From an uncultured Dehalococcoidaceae bacterium (GTDB taxonomy: Bacteria > Chloroflexota > Dehalococcoidia > UBA2979), in assembly GCA_964565075.1 (NCBI GenBank), contig CAZMCK010000002.1:27603-91602 (forward strand): a DNA stretch of 64,000 bases. Direction: 5' to 3'. Every line of letters starts with the position of its first letter. Position 1 is the first letter of the stretch. The notes under the pieces are model-generated. The model did no database searches, was not told where the DNA came from, and saw only the letters and a list, made by a program, of their open reading frames with translations. Shown piece by piece: positions 52,294 through 62,924 of this stretch. A program made the position numbers and the translations under genes.

Positions 52294-54726
52294 GTGCCTG
52301 ACACCGCACTGGACGGTCTCCGCATCATCGAGCTCGCCGAAGGGGTGGCCGGCCCCTACTGCGGCAAGCTCTTCGCCGACCTCGGCGCCGACGTCATCAA
52401 GGTCGAGCCGCCCGAGGGCGACCGCACGCGCCGGGAGGGCCCGTTCAAGGACGGGGTACCCAACCCGGAGGGCAGCGGGCTCTTCCTCTACCTCAACACC
52501 AACAAGCGGGGCGTCACCGCCGACGTGACCACGGACGAGGGCCGCGAGGCCCTCCTCGGCCTGCTCGCCGGCGCTGACGCGCTCGTCACCGACATGCACG
52601 AGGACGACCTGCGCGCACTCGGGCTCGACTACGCCGACCTGCGCGAGCGCTTTCCAGCCCTCGTCTTCTCCTCGCTCACGCCGTTCGGCCGTGGCGGCCC
52701 GCACGGCGCGTACCGGGGCAATGCGTTCCTCGCGTACCACGCCAGCGGGATGAGCTGGGAGACGCCGACGAACCAGGTGCGCGACCCGGCCACCCAGCCA
52801 CCCCTCGCGCCCGGGAACCCGCAGGCCGACTACCTCACGGGCTCCACCGGGGCCGCCGCGACGCTGGCCGCGATCTTCCAGCGCGAGTCGACCGGCCGTG
52901 GGCAGCTCGTCGACATCTCCGGGCAGGAGGCGAACGCCAACCACATCCGCACGACGATCTCATCCGTGATCCACACGCCCGACCTCGTTCCGGGTCGCGA
53001 GAAGAGCAACTTCGACTTCCTCGTGCCGTGTAGTGACGGTTATGTCTTCCTCACCCCGTACAACTTCGACCACTGGTGGGAGCGCCTCCAGCACCTCATG
53101 GGCGACCCGGAGTGGGCGAAGAGCGAGGCCTTCGCCACCACGGCCGACCGCGCCCTCAACTGCGACGCGATCGAGCCGCTCGTGGCCCTCTGGTCGGCGG
53201 AGCACACCCGCGCGGAGCTGTACCAGATGTCGCTCGACATCGGGATCCCGTGCTTCCCGGTGTACTCGCCCGCCGAGATGATGGAGTCGGCGCAGTTCGC
53301 GTTCCGCGACTTCCTCGAGTCCGTCGAGGACCCCGAGGCGGGCTCGTTCGTCCGCCCGGGCCCGGCAGCGCTGCTCTCGCGGACGCCGTACCGGCAGGAC
53401 AGGCGCGCGCCGCGTCTCGGCGAGCACAACGCCGAGTTGCTCGCGCAGCCCGCCGCCGAGCCCTCGCCCGCGCCGCCCGGCGACCAGCGACCCGAGTACC
53501 GCAGGGGCACGGGCAACCTGCCGCTGAGCGGGGTGCGCGTGGTCGACTTCGGGTGGATCCTCTCCGTCCCGCACTCGACGGCCTGGCTGGGCACACTTGG
53601 CGCCGAGGTGATCCGCGTCGAGTCCGAGCAGCGCCTCGACCTGCTGCGCGCCATGGGCATGCAGCGCGGCTCGAGCGGGATTCACGGGCTCAACCGCTCG
53701 GGGCCGTTCAACGGCCTCAACTACAGCAAGCACGGCGTGACGCTGAACCTCCAGACCGACCGCGGCAAGGAGCTCGCGAAGGAGCTGATCAGCCGCGCCG
53801 ACATCGTCACGATGAACTACGCGGCCGGGGTGGCCGAGCGACTCGGCCTCGGCTACGAGGACCTCACGGCCATCAAGCCCGACCTCATCATGCTGTCGGG
53901 CTCCCCCCTCGGGCAGACCGGGCCGGAGGCGCACTCGACCGGCTGGGGCCCGACGACGCTCGCCTACACGATGCTGCCGTATATCACCGGCTACCGCGGC
54001 GGGACGCCCAGCTCGATGGGCGGCTCCTACCCGGACTTCGTCGTCGGCGTGCACATGGCGTTCGCCATGATGAGCGCGCTGCGCCACCGTGAGCGCACCG
54101 GCCACGGCCAGCACATCGATGTCGCGATGGGCGAGACCGTCGTGGCGATGACGCCCGAGCCGCTCCTGCAGTGGACGATGCTCGGCGTCGACCCGGTGAT
54201 GCTCGGCAACCGCGATCCCGGGTGCGCGCCGCAGGGCGCCTACCCGTCGGCCGGCGAGGACCGCTGGGTCGCCGTCTCCGTCGAGGACGACGCGATGTGG
54301 GCGCGGCTGCGAGGCGCCCTCGGCGACCCCGCGTGGGCGCGGGACCCCGGGCTCGAGACCCTCGAGGGCCGGCACGCGCGCCACGACGACATCGACCGTG
54401 AGCTCGGCGCCTGGACCGCCCAGCGCACTGCGTACGAGGCCGCTGACGCACTCCAGCGCGCCGGCGTGGCGGCCACGGCCGTGCTCGACGCGGCGGGGCT
54501 CCTCGACGACCCGCAGCTTCGCCACCGCGGCTTCTTCGTGGACATCGACCATCCCGAGATCGGGGTGACCGCGTCCGCGGGCATCCCGGTGCGCTTCAGC
54601 GAGACGCAGCTCCACTACGGTTCGGCGCCGCTGCTGGGCGAGCACAACCGCGAGGTGTTCACGGAGCTCGTCGGCCTCGAGGCGGCGGAGTTCGAGCGGC
54701 TTGCCGCGGAGGACGTGATCGTCTAG
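52294..54726 (+). CDS. double-domain CoA-transferase family III (CaiB/BaiF) fusion protein, copy 1
   Basis: 810 aa. GTG after a GGGAGGGA ribosome-binding site. Two complete CaiB-type modules in tandem (N-termini LRIIELAEGVAGPYCGKLFADLGADVIKVE and VRVVDFGWILSVPHSTAWLGTLGAEVIRVE). Confidence 0.85.
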   Translation: MPDTALDGLRIIELAEGVAGPYCGKLFADLGADVIKVEPPEGDRTRREGPFKDGVPNPEGSGLFLYLNTNKRGVTADVTTDEGREALLGLLAGADALVTDMHEDDLRALGLDYADLRERFPALVFSSLTPFGRGGPHGAYRGNAFLAYHASGMSWETPTNQVRDPATQPPLAPGNPQADYLTGSTGAAATLAAIFQRESTGRGQLVDISGQEANANHIRTTISSVIHTPDLVPGREKSNFDFLVPCSDGYVFLTPYNFDHWWERLQHLMGDPEWAKSEAFATTADRALNCDAIEPLVALWSAEHTRAELYQMSLDIGIPCFPVYSPAEMMESAQFAFRDFLESVEDPEAGSFVRPGPAALLSRTPYRQDRRAPRLGEHNAELLAQPAAEPSPAPPGDQRPEYRRGTGNLPLSGVRVVDFGWILSVPHSTAWLGTLGAEVIRVESEQRLDLLRAMGMQRGSSGIHGLNRSGPFNGLNYSKHGVTLNLQTDRGKELAKELISRADIVTMNYAAGVAERLGLGYEDLTAIKPDLIMLSGSPLGQTGPEAHSTGWGPTTLAYTMLPYITGYRGGTPSSMGGSYPDFVVGVHMAFAMMSALRHRERTGHGQHIDVAMGETVVAMTPEPLLQWTMLGVDPVMLGNRDPGCAPQGAYPSAGEDRWVAVSVEDDAMWARLRGALGDPAWARDPGLETLEGRHARHDDIDRELGAWTAQRTAYEAADALQRAGVAATAVLDAAGLLDDPQLRHRGFFVDIDHPEIGVTASAGIPVRFSETQLHYGSAPLLGEHNREVFTELVGLEAAEFERLAAEDVIV

Positions 54727-54759
54727 CCGCCGATCGTGCAGGGGCCTCTCCGACCCGCC

Positions 54760-54765
54760 TACAAT
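54760..54765 (+). promoter_or_regulatory. TACAATCG -10-like box 46 nt upstream of CoA-transferase gene 2
   Basis: Duplicated together with the GGGAGGGACTCGTG start context. Confidence 0.4.
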
Positions 54766-54810
54766 CGGTTCCCCCAACACCGGGAGGGAGCAACACGGCG
54801 GGAGGGACTC

Positions 54811-57243
54811 GTGCCTGACACCGCACTCAACGATCTCCGCATCATCGAACTCGCCGAGGGGGTGGCCGGCCCCTACTGCGGCAAGCTCTTCGCCGACCTC
54901 GGCGCCGACGTCATCAAGGTCGAGCCGCCCGGAGGCGACCGCGCCCGCCGGGCGGGCCCGTTCAAGGACGGCGAACCGAACCCCGAGGGCAGCGGGCTCT
55001 TCCTCTACCTCAACACCAATAAACGCAGCGTCACCGCCGACCTCGACACCGACGAGGGCCGCGACGCCGTGCTCAGCCTCCTCGCGGGCGCCGACGTGCT
55101 GGTCACCGACCGGTACGAGGACGACCTGCGCGCGCTCGGGCTCGACTACGCCGACCTGCGCGAGCGTTTCCCCGCGCTCGTCTTCACGTCGCTGACCCCG
55201 TTCGGGCGAGGCGGACCGCACGGGTCGTACCGGGGGAACGCGTTCACCGTGTACCACTCGAGCGGCCTCGGCTGGGAGACGCCTGCGCAGCAGGTGCGCG
55301 ACCCGGCCAACCAGCCGCCCCTCGCACCCGGCAACCCGCAGGCCGACTACTTCACGGGCGTGACCGGAGCGGCGGCGACGATGGGCGCGCTCTACCAGCG
55401 CGAGTCCTCGGGCCGCGGGCAACTCGTCGATATTTCGGGGCAGGAAGCGAACGCCAACCACGTGCGGCTGACGATCTCCTCGGTCGTACACACGCCCGAT
55501 CTCGTCCCGGGGCGAGCGAAGGGCAACTTCGACTTCCTCGTGCCGGCCAGGGACGGTTATGTCTTCCTCACCCCGTACAACCTCGACCACTGGTGGGAGC
55601 GCTTCCAGTCGATCATGGGCAACCCCGACTGGGCGGCGAGCGACGCCTTCCTGACGGCCGAGGACCGCGGCCTCAACTGCGACGCGATCGAGCCGCTGGT
55701 CAATATGTGGTCGACGCAGCACACACGGGCCGAGCTGTACCAGATGGCGCTCGACATCGGCATCCCGTGCTTCCCGGTCTACTCCCCCGCCGAGATGATG
55801 GAGTCGGCCCAGTTCCAGTCCCGCGGGTTCCTCGAGACCGTCGAGGACCCCGAGGCCGGTTCGTTCGTGCGGCCCGGGCCGGCTGCAGTGTTCTCCGCGA
55901 CCCCGTCCAGCCAGGACGGCCGCGGGCCTCGCCTCGGCGAGCACAGCGCCGAGCTGCTCTCACAGCCCTCCTCGGAGGCGGCTCCCGCACCGTCCGGCGA
56001 CCGCCGCCCTGCGCACCGCAAGGCGGCCGGCGACCTGCCGCTGAGCGGCGTGCGCGTCGCCGACTTCGGGTGGATCCTCTCCGTCCCGCACTCGACGGCC
56101 TGGCTGGGCGCCCTCGGCGCCGAGGTGATCCGCATCGAGTCGGAGCAGCGCCTGGACCTGCTGCGCACGATGGGCCTGACTCGCGGCTCCGGCGGCATCC
56201 CCGGCATCGAGCGGTCCGGCAACTACAACGGGCTCAACTACTCGAAGCAGGGCGTGACGCTCAACATCCAGACGGACCGCGGCAAGGAGCTCGCGAAGGA
56301 GCTCGTGAGCCGCAGCGACATCGTCACCATGAACTTCGCGGCCGGGGTCGCCGAGCGCCTCGGCCTCGGCTATGAGGACCTCAAGGCGGTGAAGCCCGAC
56401 GTGATCATGATGTCCGGCTCGCCCCTCGGGCAGACCGGCCCGGAGAGCCACTCGACGGGCTGGGGTCCGACGACGCTTGCCTACACCACGCTGCCCTACG
56501 TCACGGGCTACGAGGGCGGCACGCCGAGCTCGATGGGCGGCGCCTACCCCGACTTCGCCATCGGCGTGCACATGGCGTTCGCGATGATGAGCGCGCTGCA
56601 CTACCGCGACCGCACGGGCCACGGCCAGCACATCGACGTCGCGATGGGCGAGACGGTCGTGGCGATGACGCCCGAGCCACTCCTCGAGTGGACGATGCTC
56701 GGCGCCGACCCGCAGCGGCGCGGGAACCGCGACCCGAACCGCGCGCCGCAGGGCGTGTACCCCTCGGCGGGCGAGGACCGCTGGGTGGCGATCTCGGTGG
56801 AGGACGACGCCGCGTGGGCAGCGCTCCGGAGCGCCCTCGGCGACCCCGCGTGGGCACAGGACGCCGCACTCGCGGCGCTCGACGGCCGGCTTGCGCGGCA
56901 CGACGACATCGACCGCGAGCTCGCCGCCTGGACCGGCGCGCGCACCTCCCACGAGGCGATGCACCTGCTCCAGGCCGTGGGCGTTGCGGCTGTGGCCGTC
57001 CTCGACGGCCCCGAACTCGTCGCCGACCCGCAGTTGAGGCACCGCGGCTTCTTCGTCGACATCGACCACCCGGAGCTGGGCGTGACGGCGTCGGCGGGCA
57101 TCCCGCTCTCGTTCAGCGAGACGCAACTCCACTATGGCTCCGCGCCGCTGCTCGGCCAGCACAACCGCGAGGTCTTCACTGAGCTGGTCGGCCTTGAGCC
57201 CGAGGAGTTCGAGCAACTCGTGCGGGACTCGGTTATCGTCTGA
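54811..57243 (+). CDS. double-domain CoA-transferase family III fusion protein, copy 2 (tandem duplicate, ~88% aa identity)
   Basis: Internal GTG (VPDTALNDLRIIELAEG..) of ORF 54736..57243 with the identical GGGAGGGACTC GTG context. 810 aa. Confidence 0.85.
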   Translation: MPDTALNDLRIIELAEGVAGPYCGKLFADLGADVIKVEPPGGDRARRAGPFKDGEPNPEGSGLFLYLNTNKRSVTADLDTDEGRDAVLSLLAGADVLVTDRYEDDLRALGLDYADLRERFPALVFTSLTPFGRGGPHGSYRGNAFTVYHSSGLGWETPAQQVRDPANQPPLAPGNPQADYFTGVTGAAATMGALYQRESSGRGQLVDISGQEANANHVRLTISSVVHTPDLVPGRAKGNFDFLVPARDGYVFLTPYNLDHWWERFQSIMGNPDWAASDAFLTAEDRGLNCDAIEPLVNMWSTQHTRAELYQMALDIGIPCFPVYSPAEMMESAQFQSRGFLETVEDPEAGSFVRPGPAAVFSATPSSQDGRGPRLGEHSAELLSQPSSEAAPAPSGDRRPAHRKAAGDLPLSGVRVADFGWILSVPHSTAWLGALGAEVIRIESEQRLDLLRTMGLTRGSGGIPGIERSGNYNGLNYSKQGVTLNIQTDRGKELAKELVSRSDIVTMNFAAGVAERLGLGYEDLKAVKPDVIMMSGSPLGQTGPESHSTGWGPTTLAYTTLPYVTGYEGGTPSSMGGAYPDFAIGVHMAFAMMSALHYRDRTGHGQHIDVAMGETVVAMTPEPLLEWTMLGADPQRRGNRDPNRAPQGVYPSAGEDRWVAISVEDDAAWAALRSALGDPAWAQDAALAALDGRLARHDDIDRELAAWTGARTSHEAMHLLQAVGVAAVAVLDGPELVADPQLRHRGFFVDIDHPELGVTASAGIPLSFSETQLHYGSAPLLGQHNREVFTELVGLEPEEFEQLVRDSVIV

Positions 57244-57315
57244 CGGGTCCGCTGCCTGGCGGGCGAACACGGTTCGGACGCGGCAGCCTGCGGGGCTGCG
57301 CGTGCATGCGCGCTC

Positions 57316-57331
57316 GGCAGCCGAAGCTGCC
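57316..57331 (+). terminator. short GC hairpin after the CoA-transferase pair
   Basis: GGCAGC-CGAA-GCTGCC. Confidence 0.35.
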
Positions 57332-57352
57332 TCAGGGAGGGCCGGGAACGGT

Positions 57353-58210
57353 ATGGAGTACCACCACATCCTCGTCGACCGGGAAGACGGCGTCGTGACG
57401 ATCACGATGAACCAGCCCGAGCATCTCAACCCGTGGCTGATCCCGATGATGGAAGAGATGATGGTCGAACTCGACCTCATCGCCGTGAACCCCGACGACA
57501 AGGTGCTCGTCATCACCGGGGCGGGGCGGGCCTTCTCATCCGGCGGCGATGTCTCGTCGATGGGCGGCATCGACCACGCAGACCCGCACTTCATGAAGTG
57601 GCTGCCCGACCACAAGCGCGGCCTCCTCACGTACCCGACCATGACGGCCGAGGAACGGATGCAGAACCAGACGTTCAGCGGCACACCCATCCACAAGAAG
57701 GTGTTCGCCCTCGACAAGCCGACGATCGCCGCCGTCAACGGCGTCGCGGCCGGAGCCGGCGCGGACCTCGCGTTCACGTGCGACCTCCGCATCGCCTCGG
57801 ACACCGCACGCTTCATCGAGGTCTACGTGCGTCGCGCGTTCACCCCGCTCGACGGCGGCGCGTTCTGGGCGCCGTATCACCTCCCGCACGCCAAGGCAAT
57901 GGAGATGCTGCTGACCGGCGACCCGATGAGCGCCGAGGAGGCGAAGCACTTCGGCCTCGTCAACGACGTCGTGCCGCGCGACGAGTTGATGCCGCGCACG
58001 ATGGAGCTCGCGAAGCGCCTCGCGAAGGGGCCGACGGTCGCCATGCAGCTCACGAAGCACATGGTCCGCGAGATCTTCATGCGCGAGGGCTACGAGCACA
58101 TGTGGGACTTGGCGAAGCAGGCCACTCCGCATTCGATGTCGTCCCGGGACGCCGACGAGGGTGTGCAGTCGTTCCTCGAGAAGCGGCCGCCGGAGTTCAA
58201 GGGCTACTGA
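57353..58210 (+). CDS. enoyl-CoA hydratase/isomerase family protein (crotonase paralog 4)
   Basis: Internal ATG (MEYHHILVDREDGVVTITMNQPEHLN..) of ORF 57134..58210. Motifs TGAGRAFSSGGDV and VNGVAAGAG. Confidence 0.85.
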   Translation: MEYHHILVDREDGVVTITMNQPEHLNPWLIPMMEEMMVELDLIAVNPDDKVLVITGAGRAFSSGGDVSSMGGIDHADPHFMKWLPDHKRGLLTYPTMTAEERMQNQTFSGTPIHKKVFALDKPTIAAVNGVAAGAGADLAFTCDLRIASDTARFIEVYVRRAFTPLDGGAFWAPYHLPHAKAMEMLLTGDPMSAEEAKHFGLVNDVVPRDELMPRTMELAKRLAKGPTVAMQLTKHMVREIFMREGYEHMWDLAKQATPHSMSSRDADEGVQSFLEKRPPEFKGY

Positions 58211-58226
58211 CGACCGGACCAAGCGC

Positions 58227-58700
58227 CTATGGCGCGGCTCCGTTGCTCTCGTCAGAGGCGACCACGGAGTCGCGCCACTCGTCGATCTCGCCGGGATCGA
58301 GGCGTGTCACTCCGGGTATCTCGTCGAAGTGCCTGTCGGCTGAGACGATCCACTCGAGCCCGAGTCGGCGCATGACAGCGACGTGGACGAGGTCCCGCGA
58401 GTTGATGCGCTGATGCTCTTCGGCTAGTGCGATGGCCGCCTCGACGTCCTGCGCAAACACCGGCTCTACCCGGCTGCGCATCAGAGTGGCGAACCCCTCC
58501 AGTACTTCACGCCCGGCCGCCCACTGCTCCGGCGAGAGGTATCGATGGAGCAACTCTTGCAACACCTCGACGCTCGTCATGAACGAGCGGGGATGCAACG
58601 CGGCCAGCCCCAGCACCTCGCGAGCGGGCGCACGATAGCGATGCGCGCCGCCCGCCGCGTACATCGGGACGTTCGCGTCAATGAAGGTCGGGGGGCTCAT
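58227..58700 (-). CDS. vapC: PIN-domain toxin VapC
   Basis: 157-aa C-terminal part of ORF 58227..58952 (MSPPTFIDANVPMYAAGG...), PIN fold. Confidence 0.7.
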   Translation of the reverse strand: MSPPTFIDANVPMYAAGGAHRYRAPAREVLGLAALHPRSFMTSVEVLQELLHRYLSPEQWAAGREVLEGFATLMRSRVEPVFAQDVEAAIALAEEHQRINSRDLVHVAVMRRLGLEWIVSADRHFDEIPGVTRLDPGEIDEWRDSVVASDESNGAAP

Positions 58701-58929
58701 AGCGCTCTTCAAGCTCGTTGCACAGGTCCGCCGGATCGTCCGGCACATCCAGCTCAACGCTGGTGATGCGGCGCACCGCCGAGAGGCGCCGCTCCAGCGT
58801 GATCGTCTCCCACGCGTCGTCGATGAGGCGACGCACCAGTTCGGAGACGGGGACGTCCCGCTCCCTGGCGATCTCATCCAACCGCCGCCGACGCTCTTCG
58901 TCCAGTCGGACCTCGAGTCGAGAGACCAT
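58678..58929 (-). CDS. vapB: ribbon-helix-helix antitoxin VapB (CopG family)
   Basis: M12 of ORF 58678..58962 (MVSRLEVRLDEERRRRLDEIARERDVPVSELVRRLI), RHH fold. Overlaps the vapC start. Confidence 0.65.
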   Translation of the reverse strand: MVSRLEVRLDEERRRRLDEIARERDVPVSELVRRLIDDAWETITLERRLSAVRRITSVELDVPDDPADLCNELEERYEPPDLH

Positions 58930-59086
58930 GATGCCTCCTGTCCGGCACCCACCGTACGGCACGCCTCGTACGGCCTAGATTGTACGGCACGATCCGTACG
59001 GTATGCGATACCCGGATGAGCGCACCGGTCGATCTGCCATACTCGCGCACGGCCCAGGCAACGCGACGCAGGCCGAGGAGGACAAC

Positions 59087-60085
59087 ATGCAGGCCCACCA
59101 GCTCACCCCCGGCGGCGGCATCGACGGCGTCACACAGGTCACGCTGGACGACCCCGAGCCCGCCGCCGACGAGGTCGTCGTCCGCGTGCGCGCCACCTCG
59201 CTCAACTACCGCGACCTGATGCTCACGCAGGGCAACCGCGAGGCCGTCATCCCGCTCTCCGACGGCGCCGGCGAGGTCGTCGCGGTCGGCGACGAGGTCA
59301 CCCGCTTCGCCGTCGGTGACCGGGTGACGAGCTGCTTCTTCCTCGACTGGCTCGACGGCGACGGGACACCGGCGAACACGCGCCGCGCGCTCGGCGGCGC
59401 AGACACCAACGGCACGCTCGCCGAGCTGGTCGCGCTGCCCGAGCGCGCCGTCGTCGCCACTCCGGCGCACATGACGGACGAGGAGGCCGCGACGCTCTCG
59501 TGCGCCGCGCTGACCGCGTGGTGCTCGATGTTCCCGGTGGCCGGGCTGCAGCCGGGGTCGAGCGTGCTGCTGCTCGGCACGGGGGGCGTCTCCATCGCCG
59601 GGCTGCAACTCGCCGCGATTGCGGGGGTGCGCAGCATCATTACGTCGAGCAGCGACGAGAAGCTGGCGCGCGCCCGCGAGCACGGCGCGGACCACACCAT
59701 CAACTACGTCGACGACGACAATTGGGGCCGCACGGTCCGTGACCTCACGGACGGCCGGGGCGTCGACCTGACGCTCGAGGTGGGCGGTGAGGGCACGTTC
59801 GCGAAGTCGATGACCGCGACGCGCTTCGGCGGGGACATCGCGCTGATCGGCGGGCTCGCGCGTGAGGAGTCGGACGAGACGCAGGTGCCCCTCGTCGGCC
59901 GCGGGCTGCGGGCGAGCCGCATCTACGTCGGCAGCCGCGCGATGTTCGAGCAGATGAACCGCGCGCTGGCGCTGCGCGAGGTCCACCCGGTGATCGACCG
60001 TGTCTTCGAGTTTGGCGAGGCGCGCGAGGCGTATCGCTACCTGGAGTCGCAGCGGCACTTCGGCAAGGTTGTGATCCGCGTCTGA
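59087..60085 (+). CDS. zinc-binding alcohol dehydrogenase / quinone oxidoreductase (MDR family)
   Basis: ATG at 59087 after GAGGAGG, within ORF 59003..60085. MDR Rossmann motif LLLGTGGVSIAGLQLA. Confidence 0.85.
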   Translation: MQAHQLTPGGGIDGVTQVTLDDPEPAADEVVVRVRATSLNYRDLMLTQGNREAVIPLSDGAGEVVAVGDEVTRFAVGDRVTSCFFLDWLDGDGTPANTRRALGGADTNGTLAELVALPERAVVATPAHMTDEEAATLSCAALTAWCSMFPVAGLQPGSSVLLLGTGGVSIAGLQLAAIAGVRSIITSSSDEKLARAREHGADHTINYVDDDNWGRTVRDLTDGRGVDLTLEVGGEGTFAKSMTATRFGGDIALIGGLAREESDETQVPLVGRGLRASRIYVGSRAMFEQMNRALALREVHPVIDRVFEFGEAREAYRYLESQRHFGKVVIRV

Positions 60086-60176
60086 CGCCGCCGCACAGCG
60101 CTCGGCACCACGTCACAATCACAAGCAGGTGGGCCGCCACGGGGCGGCCCACCTCTGGTGCTGCGGTCGGCGCCCG

Positions 60177-61388
<1,212 letters not shown>

Positions 61389-61460
61389 CGTTGTCCTCCT
61401 TGAGCAGCCGGCCGTGCCGGCCCTGTACCGCGACTATACGAGCCCCGCTCGCGCCCCCGA

Positions 61461-61988
61461 CTATCCGCCGAGGCGGTCCGCGAACTCGGCGGCGGTGATG
61501 ACCGTCGCCTGGCGCGGGAATACCTTCTCGGTGAGCACGCGGTGCACCTCTTCGTCGCCGTCGTCGCAGCCGTCCTTCACAACGACGAGGTTGTAGCTGA
61601 TGTCCGCGCCCCAGCGCAGCGTGGACAGGACGCACCCGCTCGTCGCGACACCCATCAGCACCAGCGTGTCGCGACCGTCCTCGCGCAGGATGGCGTCGAG
61701 GCCGGTAGTCGAGAACGAGCCGGCGCGCACCTTGCGGATCACCTGCTCACCCTCGACCGGCGCGACGCCGGGGTGGATCTCGACATCCGGCGAGTCGGCC
61801 TCGAACGGCCCCCCGCGGTGCACGATGTGAAACACCGGCACGCCCGCGCCGCGCGCGGCCGCAAGCACCGAGGCCGCACGTTCGACGACCTGCTCGGGGT
61901 TGCTGGCGTAGGGACCGACGATCCCCACCTGGAAGTCCATGATCACGACCGCCGTGCGGCCGGGATCGATCGCTGTCTCCTGCGTCAT
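61461..61988 (-). CDS. isochorismatase-family cysteine hydrolase
   Basis: Internal ATG (MTQETAIDPGRTAVVIMDFQ..) of ORF 61461..62069 after GAGGAGG. Catalytic Cys within GVATSGCV. Confidence 0.8.
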   Translation of the reverse strand: MTQETAIDPGRTAVVIMDFQVGIVGPYASNPEQVVERAASVLAAARGAGVPVFHIVHRGGPFEADSPDVEIHPGVAPVEGEQVIRKVRAGSFSTTGLDAILREDGRDTLVLMGVATSGCVLSTLRWGADISYNLVVVKDGCDDGDEEVHRVLTEKVFPRQATVITAAEFADRLGG

Positions 61989-62040
61989 GGCGCCTGCCTC
62001 CTCGTCACTTGTGCGTCGCCTCCGCGCGCGCGTCGCGCGC

Positions 62041-62754
62041 TCACCAGGCGAGCGTGCCTCCTCCGTCAACCGTGCGAAACGTGCCCGCGTCGTCCGGCCC
62101 CGCGCCTAGCACGAGGTCCGCGAGCCGCCGCGCCGACTCACCGGGCGTCAGCGGGGCCGCCGAGCCACCCATCGAGGTCGAGACCCAGCCGGGGCTCGCC
62201 GAGAACGCGACGATGCCGTCGCGACGCACCGTCGCGGCGAGCTGCTTCGTGAGCGCGTTCTGGAGCGCCTTCGCGGGCGCGTAGTACGTCGAGCCCGCGT
62301 CCATGTCCGCGATGCTGCCGAGGCTCGACGAGACGCTCACGGCGACGGCGCCGCGCCCCATCAGCGGCAGCAGCGCGCGCGTCACGCGCAGCATCCCGAC
62401 GCCGTGCACCTGCAACTGGTACTCGAGGTCCTCGATCGACGCGGTCACGACCGAGCCCTCGCTGGCCCCGATCCCCGCGTTGTTCACGAGGAGGTCGACG
62501 TGTTCGAGGTGCTGTGCGCACCAGCGCCCGAAGGCCTCGGCCGAGGCATCCGAGGTCACGTCCACCTCGGCGGCGAGCACGTCCGGGTCCGATGCGGCCG
62601 CGTCGAGGAGCGCCTCGGCGGTAGCGGCGTCGCGGTACGTGCCGACGACGGGCGCGCAGCCGCGTGCTCGTAGCTCGCGGACAAGCGCGAGGCCGATGCC
62701 GTCGGCGCGGTTGGCGCCGGTGACGACGGCGGTACGGGCTGAGGGTGCGGTCAT
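62041..62754 (-). CDS. SDR-family oxidoreductase
   Basis: Internal ATG (MTAPSARTAVVTGANRADGIG..) of ORF 62041..62820 after GGAGG. NNAG and YxxxK motifs. Confidence 0.8.
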   Translation of the reverse strand: MTAPSARTAVVTGANRADGIGLALVRELRARGCAPVVGTYRDAATAEALLDAAASDPDVLAAEVDVTSDASAEAFGRWCAQHLEHVDLLVNNAGIGASEGSVVTASIEDLEYQLQVHGVGMLRVTRALLPLMGRGAVAVSVSSSLGSIADMDAGSTYYAPAKALQNALTKQLAATVRRDGIVAFSASPGWVSTSMGGSAAPLTPGESARRLADLVLGAGPDDAGTFRTVDGGGTLAW

Positions 62755-62924
62755 TGGCGCCTCCGCGAGCAGTCTAGCGTCCGCGGAGAGGGCACGGGCG
62801 CGCCGGGTCGAACGATGCATCTACCATCACGCGTGGTACGTTCGAGGCAGCGGGTGCGGGGGGCCCGCCGAGGGCGGCGCAGCGGTCAGTCCGGGACGCC
62901 GCTTCCGCAGCGACGGAGGGTGCG

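Noticed and set aside
58161-58343. Short plus-strand ORFs overlapping the vapC gene
   Set aside because: They are antisense to a well-supported PIN-domain toxin gene and their translations are low-complexity.
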